The notes under the pieces were generated by a model. That model saw only the letters and a list, made by a program, of their open reading frames with translations. It was not told the origin of the DNA and searched no databases. From Amoeboaphelidium protococcarum X5 (Eukaryota > Fungi > Aphelidiomycota), in contig JALDTO010000215.1 of NCBI GenBank assembly GCA_023515725.1, positions 459,053 through 523,052 on the forward strand: a DNA stretch of 64,000 nucleotides, given 5' to 3'. The translations under genes were made by a program, and so were the position numbers. Shown here in pieces: positions 30,435 to 44,269 of the stretch (the first letter of the stretch is position 1; every line of letters begins with the position of its first letter).

Positions 30435-31040
30435 TCAGCTATTACTCTAATCAACTGTTCTCTGTTTGGGAGAGCGTGGACCACCGGGACGCCTATTCAC
30501 AGCCGTCAACTGTATCATCCGCTCAATCTCTTCATCAGTATTCTTGATATTTACAAAATCTAACGCGTCAAAATTATCATCGTTAGCCTTCTGTGATTTT
30601 TATTTTTATTATTATGTTAGTAAATTTCTTTTTTAAATATCAGCGGGTAGGGAGTCTTATAATTTCAAATGCTGTCTAAGCGCCAGGCGACTACCAGATT
30701 CATATGCATTCTATCTGTCTATTGCATCTCTTTATTTTTCATTCCATTCATGTACGGCCTCTGCCGTGTATGTCAAATTCTTTAATCTATCTGCATCCAG
30801 AGTATCGTTGGCACCTTGACTAGTAGAAGAAGTGGAGGCGGCCAACTATTGCTCAATCTCAAGATCATGCTGCAACTCTCTCAACTCCTTCTCATGGTAT
30901 TTATTACGTCGAGGTGCACGCTCATCCACCCGTAAATGCTCTCTAATCACTTCCTTCTTATTCTCAGACTGGGCTTTGGCAATCTTTTACCTTATATTCC
31001 TCAATCTCTATTTCAAATTGATGTCCGTACTCTTTGGCAT
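30435..31040 (-). CDS. SYF2-like splicing factor, apparently C-terminally short
   Basis: 201 codons: RQKIAKAQSENKKEVIREH, DADRLKNLTYTAEAVHEWNEK, EEIERMI resemble the SYF2 N-terminal and central regions. Confidence 0.55.
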
Positions 31041-31186
31041 ATTTTATACCTTTATTACAGATTGGCGGCAGACTTTTTACTAGGAGAAAAGCGTAAAAGA
31101 CTCCTGCTGTACTACATAATCTCTTCAAACTATAATATCATGAACTTTAAAAAGAATTAAAAAATAATACTATATAATTATTAAAA

Positions 31187-32803
31187 TCAGTCATAAGTCA
31201 CACCAGTAGTCACATCCATGTCGTTCAAGCCGAGCATTTCGTTCTGATCATCTGAGCGTTCGTACAACTCAATCTTCATATTGGGATCAGCATCAGGAGC
31301 ATATGGATTCTGCATGTAACAATTGCCCAGTGGATCGTCCAAAATGAAATGAAAGTTTTAGTTTGGCAAATCGCTGACATCAAAGTCGATGCACTTTTAC
31401 AATTTCTGCAGGAATGCTCTCAGTCTCTCAGATCTCTGCACGTCTTCAGGTGCAGCGTGATTCTAAACGTCACTATCACCACTAAGGAAAGGCATTCGGG
31501 AGTACAGCTCATCTTTCACCTGTGTCAGTAGGCCTTCAATGGTTGTAAACTTTCCACCTAGAGTGTATGCATCCAGAGTGAGTTCTAGCTCAGGCACGGC
31601 AATACCGCAACTCTCGCTCTTCAAGATATCACGATCCAAATCATCTTTACTAGTCACCAGCAATTGGATTCTCTTTCCCTTTTCACTTACGGCTCCACTT
31701 GCTTTAACTTCATTAGATTTATAGCCGCAGCCATCAGCATCGCACGCAGTGGCCATAATCAAAACTTCTTTGAAATACGGAATGGACAACAACTTCATTC
31801 TGCACACTGTGGGACTATAGCAATTAGGACACGATGATGGAAATTGCAAGACCTCCTCACTATCAATTTCTTATGAAGTATTCTGCTCCTTTAGTTATTA
31901 AGTCCCCTCTTGTGGTGAAGTGTCAACTTTACGTCTCTTTAAGTCGCGCTCCACCAGCTGCTATTACATAATCTTTACAGCCTCCTCAACCTACATCTTA
32001 TTCTCCTATTGCTACTGAGTCAATTACTTCTCGGCATCAGGATTCAGACCGATTTACTAAATCTATTCACTTGTCCTCTGGTAGAATGTCTTTGATAGAA
32101 CTTGAGCGGTATCACCATCAAGAGATTCAATGTAAGAGTTACCAGATGGATCATCGACAGAGAACTGAAAATTCATCTTACCATCAACCAGCTACTACAG
32201 CTTATCAACCACTGCATCCAACTGCTGATATAGCGCGTACATGTACTCACCTTCCTATTTAATATTATAGTCGGCGCTCTGCATCTTCTCCTGGGATACG
32301 CGCAGTCTCTCTCCCTAACTACTTCTGATATCATCAATAGCCTGAACTATAAATCCTTCAACAGTATTCAAACTGCCCTTCTACGTACCTGCTGGTATCT
32401 CTAGAAGTGCTTCGCTATTATTATTACCATTCTATTGAGCACCACTACCACCGCCATTAATCGCCTCTCTAATCACCACACAACCATATTCTCCTTTGAT
32501 CACTCGACGATTCAGATCTCTGGAACTACTACCATTATTATTGGTTGATAACACGTATTTGACACCGTGATCTTGAATCTATGAGGCGCTCTCCACGCCA
32601 TTATTAGTCCATCCACAGTCTGGACACTCAAATGCAGAAATGATAACCTCTTTAAAGTGTGGAATACTGGTGAGCAATAGCTAAGTCTTTCCATGTCCAG
32701 AACCACATTGCATACACATGGTATCATGGATCACCGTCGGCATATGATCATCCACCTTGTCCACCTCATCTTCATTCAGCACTCTCTTGATACTTGAAAA
32801 CAT
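31187..32803 (-). CDS. ZPR1: ZPR1 zinc-finger protein
   Basis: Two ZPR1 modules: CMQC..IPHFKEV..CPDCG and [25 protein letters not shown]; [10 protein letters not shown]; LDDPLGN. Confidence 0.93.
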
Positions 32804-33020
32804 ATTATTGACGAATACCAAATATTATTATATTGCTATTATATAATTTATAGAGATCTTATTATAAGGATATCAAGAAGAAGAAGAAAGAAATTCCATA
32901 AAAGTGATGAAAAATTCAAATTTAGTTCCATCAAATTCGAAAGCCATCAGCGCGGAATTCTCAAAATTCAATTAAGCCGCTGGAGAAAACAAAATCAACT
33001 AAATAAATAGAATATAAATT

Positions 33021-33425
33021 ATGCCGATTAGAAAAGTTTTTAGAGAGCCAGCAGATTTTGGACCATTGAGGATAAGATTGTAGCGAGTTGGCGCGCGAAA
33101 TAACGCGTTCTATAACATTGTAGTGGCTTAGGCTAGACATCGATAGTAGAATAAGAGTGTACATGATGTCTTGGGTACTTATTATCCTCACGCGTCATAT
33201 AGCTATAAAGATGTGGGTGCCTCTGATGAGCCTATTGCTGCTTATAAACACATCACTCTGCATTTTGATAGATGTAAAGCGTGGTTGGCTCAAGGCGCAG
33301 AGCCATCCTCGATGGTGTCCAAGATTCTATCTAAGGCTGGATTATGGCCTAGTCCACCGCGAAAGGTTGAGGTGATGAATGTCAGGGCGATTCAACACAA
33401 GGCTGCTGCTGAGAGAAGCTCATGA
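33021..33425 (+). CDS. MRPS16: Mitochondrial ribosomal protein S16
   Basis: LRIRLQRVGARNNAFYNIVVAQAR..VLGTYYP..RCKAWLAQGAEPS. Confidence 0.9.
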
Positions 33426-33537
33426 TCATGACTGATTCATATTGTGTTAGTGATATATACACGAGATCTAATAGAAAACTGTGTTCTCAATATCGCACGT
33501 ATGTAAACATCTATCTTTATTCATTTTTAGTTGAATA

Positions 33538-36369
33538 TCATTAAACTATAGAATCCTTCTTTTGAGCGATAAAAGTTAGAATGGCCTTTTTGATATCAGC
33601 GACTTACGCTGGCTTCTAGATAAAATCATTCATGCCAGCCTCGAGACATTTTAAGCGGTCAGACCAGAACGCATTGGCAGTTATAGCTATAATCCATGGC
33701 TTCTTGTAGGTGACTGTGAGATCTTCCTGACTACTGCTGTACTGTTCCTAGGAGGACTATGCGGAGTTCTATGACTATTACTGAATTAACGCGCTGCATC
33801 TCTTAGTGATTTCACCTGCAGCTTCAATTCCATCCTTGATAGGCATCATAAGATCTGTAAAGAAAATGTCAAAATTACGATGCTATTCCCACAAATCAAT
33901 CGCTTCTTGACCATTTGAGGCTACGAAGCAATCTTGGCCCAGTTTGTCAAATATTTTCTTCAACACTTTCTACGAAATAACATTATCTTCGGCCAGGAGG
34001 ATTCTCAGCCGCGGCAACTCATTCTGAAATATAGTGGATGTGGATTACTATTGCAAATTCATAGCACTCCCAGCAGCATCTTAGGGACCAGTCAAGTGAT
34101 GAGTCAGGAACTGATATAGAACGGCAATCTTGGCAGGTTTTCTGGTGTATATAATTGTGCAATCCGGAGCGGTTGAAGTGATCAACTTCTACCAGGACTA
34201 TATTTAGGATTATGTACCAGTAATTAAAATCTTGTTCCACATGTGTCTATCCCCAATTACCTACAATTACTATTCATGCGCAAGATACTGAAGATCAATG
34301 ACCATCACGTTGAACGCAGTCTTGAAAGCATCATCAAAAGAGTTAACAGTCTCAATTTTGGCAACATTAAGTGCAGACATGCAGCTTATGAAACATCCAC
34401 ATTACAATTTATCCGCGCACACAAAAGTAGTATTAACGTCGGTTAACTATTTCGTGCTTTCATATGAGGTGAATGAGCGCAGGGATAGATCGGGCCACTC
34501 TGATGGCACGTAAGACTCCAGCAATACTTCTGCATGAAATCTAGTGCCCACCCCATCATCCTCATTATCGTGCACAGTGACAACTCCACCCATACACTCG
34601 ACTAATTTTTTCACAATCGCCAATCCGAGCCCAGTGCCACCATACTTTCGTGTTATGCTACGATCTACTTGATAAAATGTCTCGAACAATTTATTCTTTG
34701 CCTATTGCGGAATTCCGATACCTGTATCCTTGACATCAATGAATATACGTACTTTCCCGCTTTCATCAACGATTCTAGAACTAAGCGCCATAGTCACATG
34801 TCCATCAGGAGGTGTGAACTTGACAGCATTCCCCGCCAGATTAAGTAAAATCTAACGGAATCTCGTAAAATCTCCCACGACAAACTCTTCAAATCTACGC
34901 CTACCAGTCTTAGGATCAAGTCCATCTTCAATTTTATATGTCAGTGACGGCAGCTTATGCATATCATCCGACTACTAAAGGAACAGGATATCCATGACAT
35001 TCTCAACTGCATCACGCGGAGAGAACACTTCTCTGGTCATATTAATCTTATCCTCCTCATACTTGCTAAAATCCAAGATATTATTGACAATCGATGCAAG
35101 CATGTCACTACTTTTCTTCATCATGGTGAGGGATTCTTTCAACTCAATAGCATCAGCCGGGGAAGCATTCTATATAGCATTAGAATCAAGAAGCATTTAA
35201 GTAAGAGCACTAGTGGAAAAGAGCGGAGTTCGCATCTCATGAGACATTACGGCAAGGAACTCTCTCTGAGCTTAAGCCACCTTAACTTCCTTCTAGGCAG
35301 CCTGTAAGCTCTAGTTCATTAAATTCAACTTTTCTATAGTGCCACGCTCACTCTTAATCATTGATGCCTACTACATGGCAATAGTCACCTATTCCAAAAT
35401 ATCAAGCAGAATATCTTTAGTCTGCGATACCATAGGCGGCCAAGCACTTGATGATCGACTGAATAAAGACAAATTTATACCAGACTGGGATGTGGGCTGC
35501 CTTTTACTAAACTATATAATAAGATAATAATCTTTGGACGCGCCACCTTTAAAACAGCTAACAATATAAATCATGCTACCGACAGACTATACCATAAGAT
35601 GCTCTTTACGCGCTTTAAGATCATCAAGTAGTGGAATCTCATCAAAAGAGCCAGATATCTATGGAGCAGAATCATGTATTCGCTGATATCCTAACAGACT
35701 CCTTGTAGAGCCATTCTTACTATCAGTACTGTTACTTTTCGACGCCAAAACTTTACTCTTACCACCAGTCTAGTCCATTGATGATCCAACACTCATGCGC
35801 CGCTTTATAGACCGACATACCTCATGGAAGGTGTGTGATTCTCGTAGAAAGACACTGCACTACTCGGCATGGCAGTTCTTAATAATCTACTAGCACAGAG
35901 TCTCCAAGATTACCTTACCATCCAGCGTCTACCTAATCTCATGCGATACATTTCTAAATAAGCCGAGAAGTCGATTCTGATACGATAAATCTCGCTCACA
36001 TTCAATACGCTCAGCAATTTCAATCTCCATATTGCGAGCATAAGCTGGAAACTCTAAAGCCTTCGGTATAATGAATATCAAGATAGCTGATGTATAGAGT
36101 GATACGACTGCAGTCAGAATTTTAAACAGAAGCATCACCACTGGCGTCTTCCACCACATGTTCCACGCGTTAACCAGATGAGTAGTGCCACAGAGTAGGA
36201 TGAAACAAACAAATAGCCACAGCACAGCCTTCCATGTGTAACTGATATCGGGAAACTTTCGACCAAATATCAGAATCTCTACAGGGATAGAGAAATATGC
36301 AATACATATCAGAAAGTCGAAGATGCAATTCATAGTCTAGAACAATGTCGAATCCTCTGGCTTCATCAT
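33538..36369 (-). CDS. ETR1-like ethylene-receptor hybrid histidine kinase (ethylene-binding TM domain, GAF, HisKA, HATPase, receiver)
   Basis: [35 protein letters not shown]; HEIRQTLD; [13 protein letters not shown]; NAVKFTP, DTGIGI, GGTGLGL; LLAEDN..FTDLMMP..KP. Single 943-codon frame. Confidence 0.92.
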
Positions 36370-36769
36370 TAAATATACCACTATTATAATCCTCAGAAAT
36401 GTACGTAAAATAAGTCAATATAATGAATTGAGTAACTGTAATGTGATGCAAATATAATCTCTGTCTGACCGTATAAAGAGAGAGAGAAGGAGAGCCTGGC
36501 CCAAAAATATTATGAATTTGATGAGCCGATCTCTCTAACGCCGAAAAAGAAGAAATGGCTGAAAAGGAGGCACGGCCGAAAAGACCAATGACAAACCGTT
36601 GCGTCATTTTTACCAGAGATCTTATTGACATCATCCTAATGCATAAGACACCATGTAAAATGGGTATAAGAATAATTTAGTTTTGATCATGATTAAGGAT
36701 ATACATAACAAAGGGAAATAATAGAAATATTGCAATTAATCAGACTGTGATGGTATATTTACAGTAATC

Positions 36770-37480
36770 TCAGTTATTCTTGCGGCTGAGTAAAGATTTC
36801 AATTCAACAAGCGCGCGTGGACCGAGAGCGATGTGATTAATATCGTCGTTCTACGCCGCTGTTGCCTCATCAACTTTGATTTTGACTAGCCATCTCTGGG
36901 CCACTAGTTTCCTAACTAAATTCTAAGCTTCTTTTGCACTCAATTTCACGTTCTGGTCGCTCTCCTCCGTGGGGAATAATGCAATGTTTAGAGCCTCAGT
37001 CATTGAGATTGACCACTTGTGCATTTAAGCGTCGGCACTATCATTAGCATTACCATCATCATCATCATCTGTTTCATAATTAGCACCAGCATCAGCAATA
37101 GCGTCAATCCATCTTCTCAGTACGCCTAGCTCATTCAGAGACAAGTCAGTACCGATGAGCTGCTGAGTTGATGCCACATTTTCATTCTTCACAATGCTAT
37201 CCTCACGCACATTGACCAGCATGTACAGAATTTCATTACTACGAGGATCTTGAAAACGTCTCACATCCAGACCTAAATGATCAACGGCACTTCTCAGCGA
37301 TGTAATAAATGGTCCTAGCTGTGCTCTGTCAAATACTATTTAGCCTCCATGTAAACGCTGGAAAACTGTCGTGGCCTTCTCTAAAAGCTGCAATAGCTCC
37401 TACTAAGTGTAACACTGACTTTCACTCCTTAGAAAACCCTGCATTACAGTTTTATGAATCAAATTGTATCCCAAATCCAT
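36770..37480 (-). CDS. NSE1: Smc5/6 non-SMC element Nse1-like (winged-helix part only)
   Basis: YNLIHKTVMQGF, LGLDVRR..YMLVN..LSLNELGVLRRWIDAI, EAQNLVRKLVAQRWL, LGPRALVEL. No RING before the TGA. Confidence 0.7.
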
Positions 37481-37817
37481 ATTATCTCTCTATATATTAG
37501 CTTTTTACCTAAATAATACAGCGTACAGAGTTAAACCAACCGATTTTATGCGACACTATACTGTTCACTACTGTAACAGGCAAGCAGAAACGAAACGGAG
37601 AAACGCGTCTAAAGAGAAATTAAAAACCGCGCTCTCGCTCTGTTCAAATACCTGCGACTTGGATCGTTCCAATAAAATACTGAAAGCTCTCATACGATAT
37701 CTTTTGCCACAAATCTACTCATATGGTACTAAGTTTAAAAACTCCTAATAAGATTGTATAGAACAAATCATTTTTTAAGGACACTTGAATGATGTAAAGT
37801 TCAATTCATCATGTCCT

Positions 37818-39548
<1,731 letters not shown>

Positions 39549-39706
39549 AACGATTTCTGCTTTATATATTTACTCAATGTTTTGTGAGCAAGATCCAAGA
39601 TTGAGAAAAGATTCAGCTTGAGAAAGTCTGATTTGAATGCCAAACATTGCGCAAAGGGAAAATCTTTGATCATATAGATCAGTCAGTCAATATCTATATT
39701 ATGTTT

Positions 39707-40156
39707 TCAGTTCTTATAATCAAAAGATATCTAGACGCCTCTGCATCTCTTCTTGAATTCATTGATAGTCTTGTCGCATAGAATATCCTCCACCACTTGT
39801 TCATTCTTCAGCTGACGTAGCTTACCCTCCTCAACCAAAAGCTTTTACTCAGTACGTTCCACAGCCGCGTCGTCGCCGTCTTTGCTATCATTAGCGCTGC
39901 TCAATTGCGAGTTGAGAGACTTGATTTCTTCTTTATAGAATGTAATACAGCCATTGATAATTTCTCCTCGCTATTTGTACACCTTATCAAGCTGTGATAT
40001 CAAATTCATACACTTTTTATTGATCTCTTCATACTTGTAATCCTTATGGTCCACCGTTGCAGTCGTATTCAGGATATTAATGATATTATCATCAATCTTT
40101 CTACTATTCTTGAGTATTTCTTTCACAAGGGAATAATCACTGCAATCTACAATCAT
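39707..40156 (-). CDS. MIX23: MIX23/CCDC58 mitochondrial protein
   Basis: C.D....KEILKNSRKIDDNIINILN, R..IINGCI, EQVVEDILCDKTINEFKKRCR. Confidence 0.85.
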
Positions 40157-40569
40157 ATTTTAATTTCAATATCCAATATCAACTTTATACGCGTCACGTT
40201 CCGCTCAGTCGGTGCAAAGAAGTGAAGATTTTCAAAAATTTTTACGGCTGTGATGCTCATTGAAGGTACTGTGAATTCTTGTTAGGAAATTTCACATAGA
40301 CGAAATTATATAAATTTTATTTTCTGTCCACAAGGGAGTAAGGTGACATCTAAGCAACTGGGTGTGAAAAGTGGGGAATGATCGAAAACTGTTGTGACTG
40401 GTTGGGCTATTTATAGTGCTGGATAGCGATCAAATTTACCACACCGCTACCATCTTACCAACTGACTGCCTCTTTACTTCTGCTTGAGCTTTGTATTATC
40501 TCAGCCATTCAATTTACAAAAATTAGACATCCACCTAAGTATATAGTAAATTGACTTTAAAGACATATA

Positions 40570-42192
40570 ATGTACCATTACGCGTGCTTGTTGGTCTCGT
40601 TACAAGATTTAAGTGTTGTTTCAGCGCTGCCTCTGCAGGATGATGATCAAGTGTCAATGGTCAAATAGTGGCTTGGTTGCTCACTGCTTTCATTATTAGG
40701 CGAAGAACATCAGGATGAATTTAAATAACTATTAGTCAAGCTATATGATAAGAAGGATTAGTTAAGTGTCCGCACTTGTGATTGCAAGTTTGGTGGACGT
40801 TTTACTTTAGTCACTGGGCTGTTGATTGATCAAAACACGGCTCTGCTTCGTCTATCAAGCGTCGATGGCAACGGCTAGTAGTAAGATCGTAATTTGTAGC
40901 CTCTTAATAACTTTGAGCAGCATCTTTAACGCTTTTTAGACGATTATGAGAAATCTAAGGCAAACGGTGCTGATTAAACAGCGTAAGGTCCTCTAGCATT
41001 ACTATCCGCTGCTTCTGATGCTTTAGAACATGCAGATGACTTTCTTGGTGCATACGATGTCACGAAGTCTGATTATGTAACTGGGCTTCATTCCGATTCT
41101 ACTATGTAAGATCTTGGAATTAGTGAGAACCGCGATTCTATGAATGCTGGCGATTATGCAGTTTACCATCATGCTGACACAAACGTAGCTCTGTTGAAGT
41201 TAACGGATTAGATTCTGCTGGCATATTCGTCACCTAAAAGGTCTATCGTCAATGATTCTGGATATGAAGGCTCGAATTCTAATTTGGATGAGTTTGCTAA
41301 TTTAATCACGTCTCCAGTCAACTAATTCTTTGATAACGCGAAAGATCCTTTGCGGGCTCTTAGTAGAGCAGCTGGAACATAAACTGCTAGTGCAAAGTCA
41401 TCTCATGATAAGAAGATGTTGAAGAAGAGAGGCAATGTTCGCAAAAAGAAAGTTCATTAAGCTGTGGCGTCTGAAGGGGATAATGACGACGAAGGCAATG
41501 CTAAGTAAGACGCTCAGAATCTACGCGTGGATACCAAGTTCAAGCTTGAGGAGAAGATTAGTATGATGAAGAGTGCCAAGATACTGCGTTAGCTTAACTA
41601 ACACTGCGAGAGCTGTGGTATCAGAGATAGTCCTGAATGGAGAAAGGGTCCGAATGGTTTGAAGACTTTATGCAATGCATGTGGCCTGAAGTATGCGCGT
41701 AAAATTGCTAAATCATCCAATAGACAAATGGATTCCGCTTTTCCGTAGACTCCTTAAGAAAGTCCCGTGCATACCAGCTAAAGTAGCAGTGGGAGTGGCG
41801 ACAATTGGCAAGCTCCTGCATAATCATCGATAACTTTGAATGATCCAAGCACTCCATCCAAGCCTGCTTAACAATTAATTTCTCCAAAATTGCCGCTCTT
41901 AATGTAAAGCTAGTAGCCTACACTGGATCCCAATAGTGCTTTAGCTCAGCAGTTATACACTAATTACCAGCCGCTAGTGCCAAAGTATCAGCTAGTACCC
42001 GTCTTTTAGTACGTATCTCCGATGACTTCGGTTTAGCAATAGAAATACACACCGAGAATGTTTCCATAAAGCTTCATGTCACCTCAAATGCTCAGAGGTT
42101 AGTTCATCACACCGTTGGATACAATCTAAAGGCCTGTCGCGAAATTGCCTATAAGCCCAGTGAAAAGGTAAGCAGCTAAATCAAATTAATGA
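40570..42192 (+). CDS. GATA-type zinc-finger transcription factor (CX2C-X18-CX2C)
   Basis: [31 protein letters not shown] at about 41605-41700; Q/P-rich tail. Absent from the ORF track. Confidence 0.88.
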
Positions 42193-42266
42193 AATCGAGA
42201 AGCATTTGAACCACGAAATAGAATTTTAAAAATATAAAAAGTATTTCATTACTGCTACAATTTACT

Positions 42267-43112
42267 TCACATTCTCTGACGCACTGGGCACACGTTAACG
42301 TAGCCAGATGGTCTCTTAAATCCCAGCTCCAATAGCTTTTCATAAGCAGCAGCGAAATCTTTAAAGAACAAAGCCTTATCCTTTGCATACATCTCCACAT
42401 ACTTCTTGAACTCCTTATCTTCAATTAAAGCCATATCAGACGGCAACATCATTAGTTCGCCATCGCTATTCTCATACTACAAAGGACCGTTCGCATACTT
42501 GTGCACAGGCTTCCACTTCTCATTCAACAAGAGGATGTAATACTAGTTAGAGAATCTGGTAGGAGTGTAAGTCCATGGCCCAATGAATCCAGAGCGATCC
42601 TAATGACAACGGCCGAGAGAGTGAGCGCCGCTCAATGCCACAATCTCGCGATCATTGAAATTCATGCGGTAGAAAACGTCACGGATATGGGAAGCACCTT
42701 GAGTAGCATCGGGCAGTCTTCCATTAGGTGGACAGTCCATTTCCTATAATTTATCAGCTCTACCAGGTCTCCATCTAATCACCGGTCCTCCCATGTCGTG
42801 GATGGCCAGAATAGCAGCCAGTGTCCACAGGTCGCCGTAAGATATCCAGTTGTGCTTTAACTTGATAGGCTCCAAGATGGAACGAGCGATATGTAGACCA
42901 TTATTGGCAGCATCAAATGACTCCACATGAAAGCGCATGGTTGCTCCATCACTACCGCCAGTCTGATCATGCTTGCTGTACGTTCCCGATGCGTGCCATG
43001 CCAATCTCACAAGCAGCGGCCCAATGTGACCATCATCGTAATCCTTGTACTTCTTCATCAACTCTTAGATATCCTGAGCGACTGGTTTATACTTGCTATC
43101 TAATGAAGACAT
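42267..43112 (-). CDS. Class I heme peroxidase (cytochrome c peroxidase-like, no presequence)
   Basis: [63 protein letters not shown]. Confidence 0.92.
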
Positions 43113-43488
43113 TTTGAATTCTAAGCCAAATTCAGCGTAATAGTGCGAGGAGAAGATAGATATTTTGTTGAACAAAATTAAAGGTTTTACCGCCGTCTTG
43201 CAAGTTGAACGCCGATCTCGCTCTGTTTCTCTTCGTTCTGATGTCAGGTCGGATTGCATGCACTCTGAAACAGAAACTTTATCTATGAAATAAATTAAGC
43301 AATTTGATTTCTTCTTAAATGAAAAATAAAAATTCATATCAGGGGTGCTAACATTGTTCAATATTGAATATCACTTTTATATATATTAATGCCTCATTCA
43401 AAATCCGTACTCAAACGCGAAATAGCTTTGATGCCGACTTGAAGTATCTCGTCTTTACGACGTTACTGCACGAAAAAGATTCCCATAA

Positions 43489-43755
43489 TCATCTCAGTGG
43501 ATATCTTTCCCTCATCTCAGGGTTCTGGTACATGGAATCGCACAGACCATGAGACCAAGGCAATTGGCAACCAAGCCCACAGTGATCCGCTGAATTGCCA
43601 CACCATCCATGACCAGAGCAGCATTTACCCCTCTTACAAGATACACCTTCGCCACATCTAGCAGGGTCTTAATCTATTTTCTTTACAGAAGCACCGTGCA
43701 GCTGAGGAGCTATCAAGGAAATTACGATGACCAAAGTAATAATTGTGGATTTCAT
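43489..43755 (-). CDS. Small secreted hevein/CBM18 chitin-binding protein (88 aa)
   Basis: Signal peptide MKSTIITLVIVISLIAPQLHG; 8-Cys hevein motif RCGEGVSCKRGKCCSGHGWCGNSADHCGLGCQLPWSHGLC. Absent from the ORF track. Confidence 0.88.
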
Positions 43756-44269
43756 AGTTTTACTTATATTCAATAGTCTATCAAATTTTTTTGTTGTAAC
43801 AAATGCTGTATATTAATAATATAAGAAGACAGTCTTTGAAATAGCACCTTTTAAAGTGCTCGAATATCAATTTGTACAACTTGTAGTTACCGAATGAAAC
43901 ATTGTGTGATGTGAATGCTTCAAAGTACTGGATCAACGTGACTCGTCAAAGCAACCACAATGATCACGCGTGAGTTCGCGTGTCACACATCAGATTTAGT
44001 TTACGGTAGTGATATCGTCAATGGCGTGGAGCTCCTTTATTACATATTATCAAACACCAACAAAATGCCTCCAAAAAGAAATAAAATCTAGTAATAGGGA
44101 AGAAAAAACTTAAGGTTAAGTCTGTGCCCCACCTGCAGCCTTATCAGCGAAGACATCCTTTTGGCAAGGAATCGTGATGGCGCTAATAGTTTGGTTCCAT
44201 TTCTGTACGATCCTCCTCGCGTTTAATATTTACCGCTGATCATACTGTTGCGCGCGGAGACTAGAATGG

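Noticed and set aside
36170-36634. 154-aa minus-strand ORF overlapping the ETR start
   Set aside because: Out of frame with the ethylene-binding domain, runs over intergenic DNA and shows no motifs.
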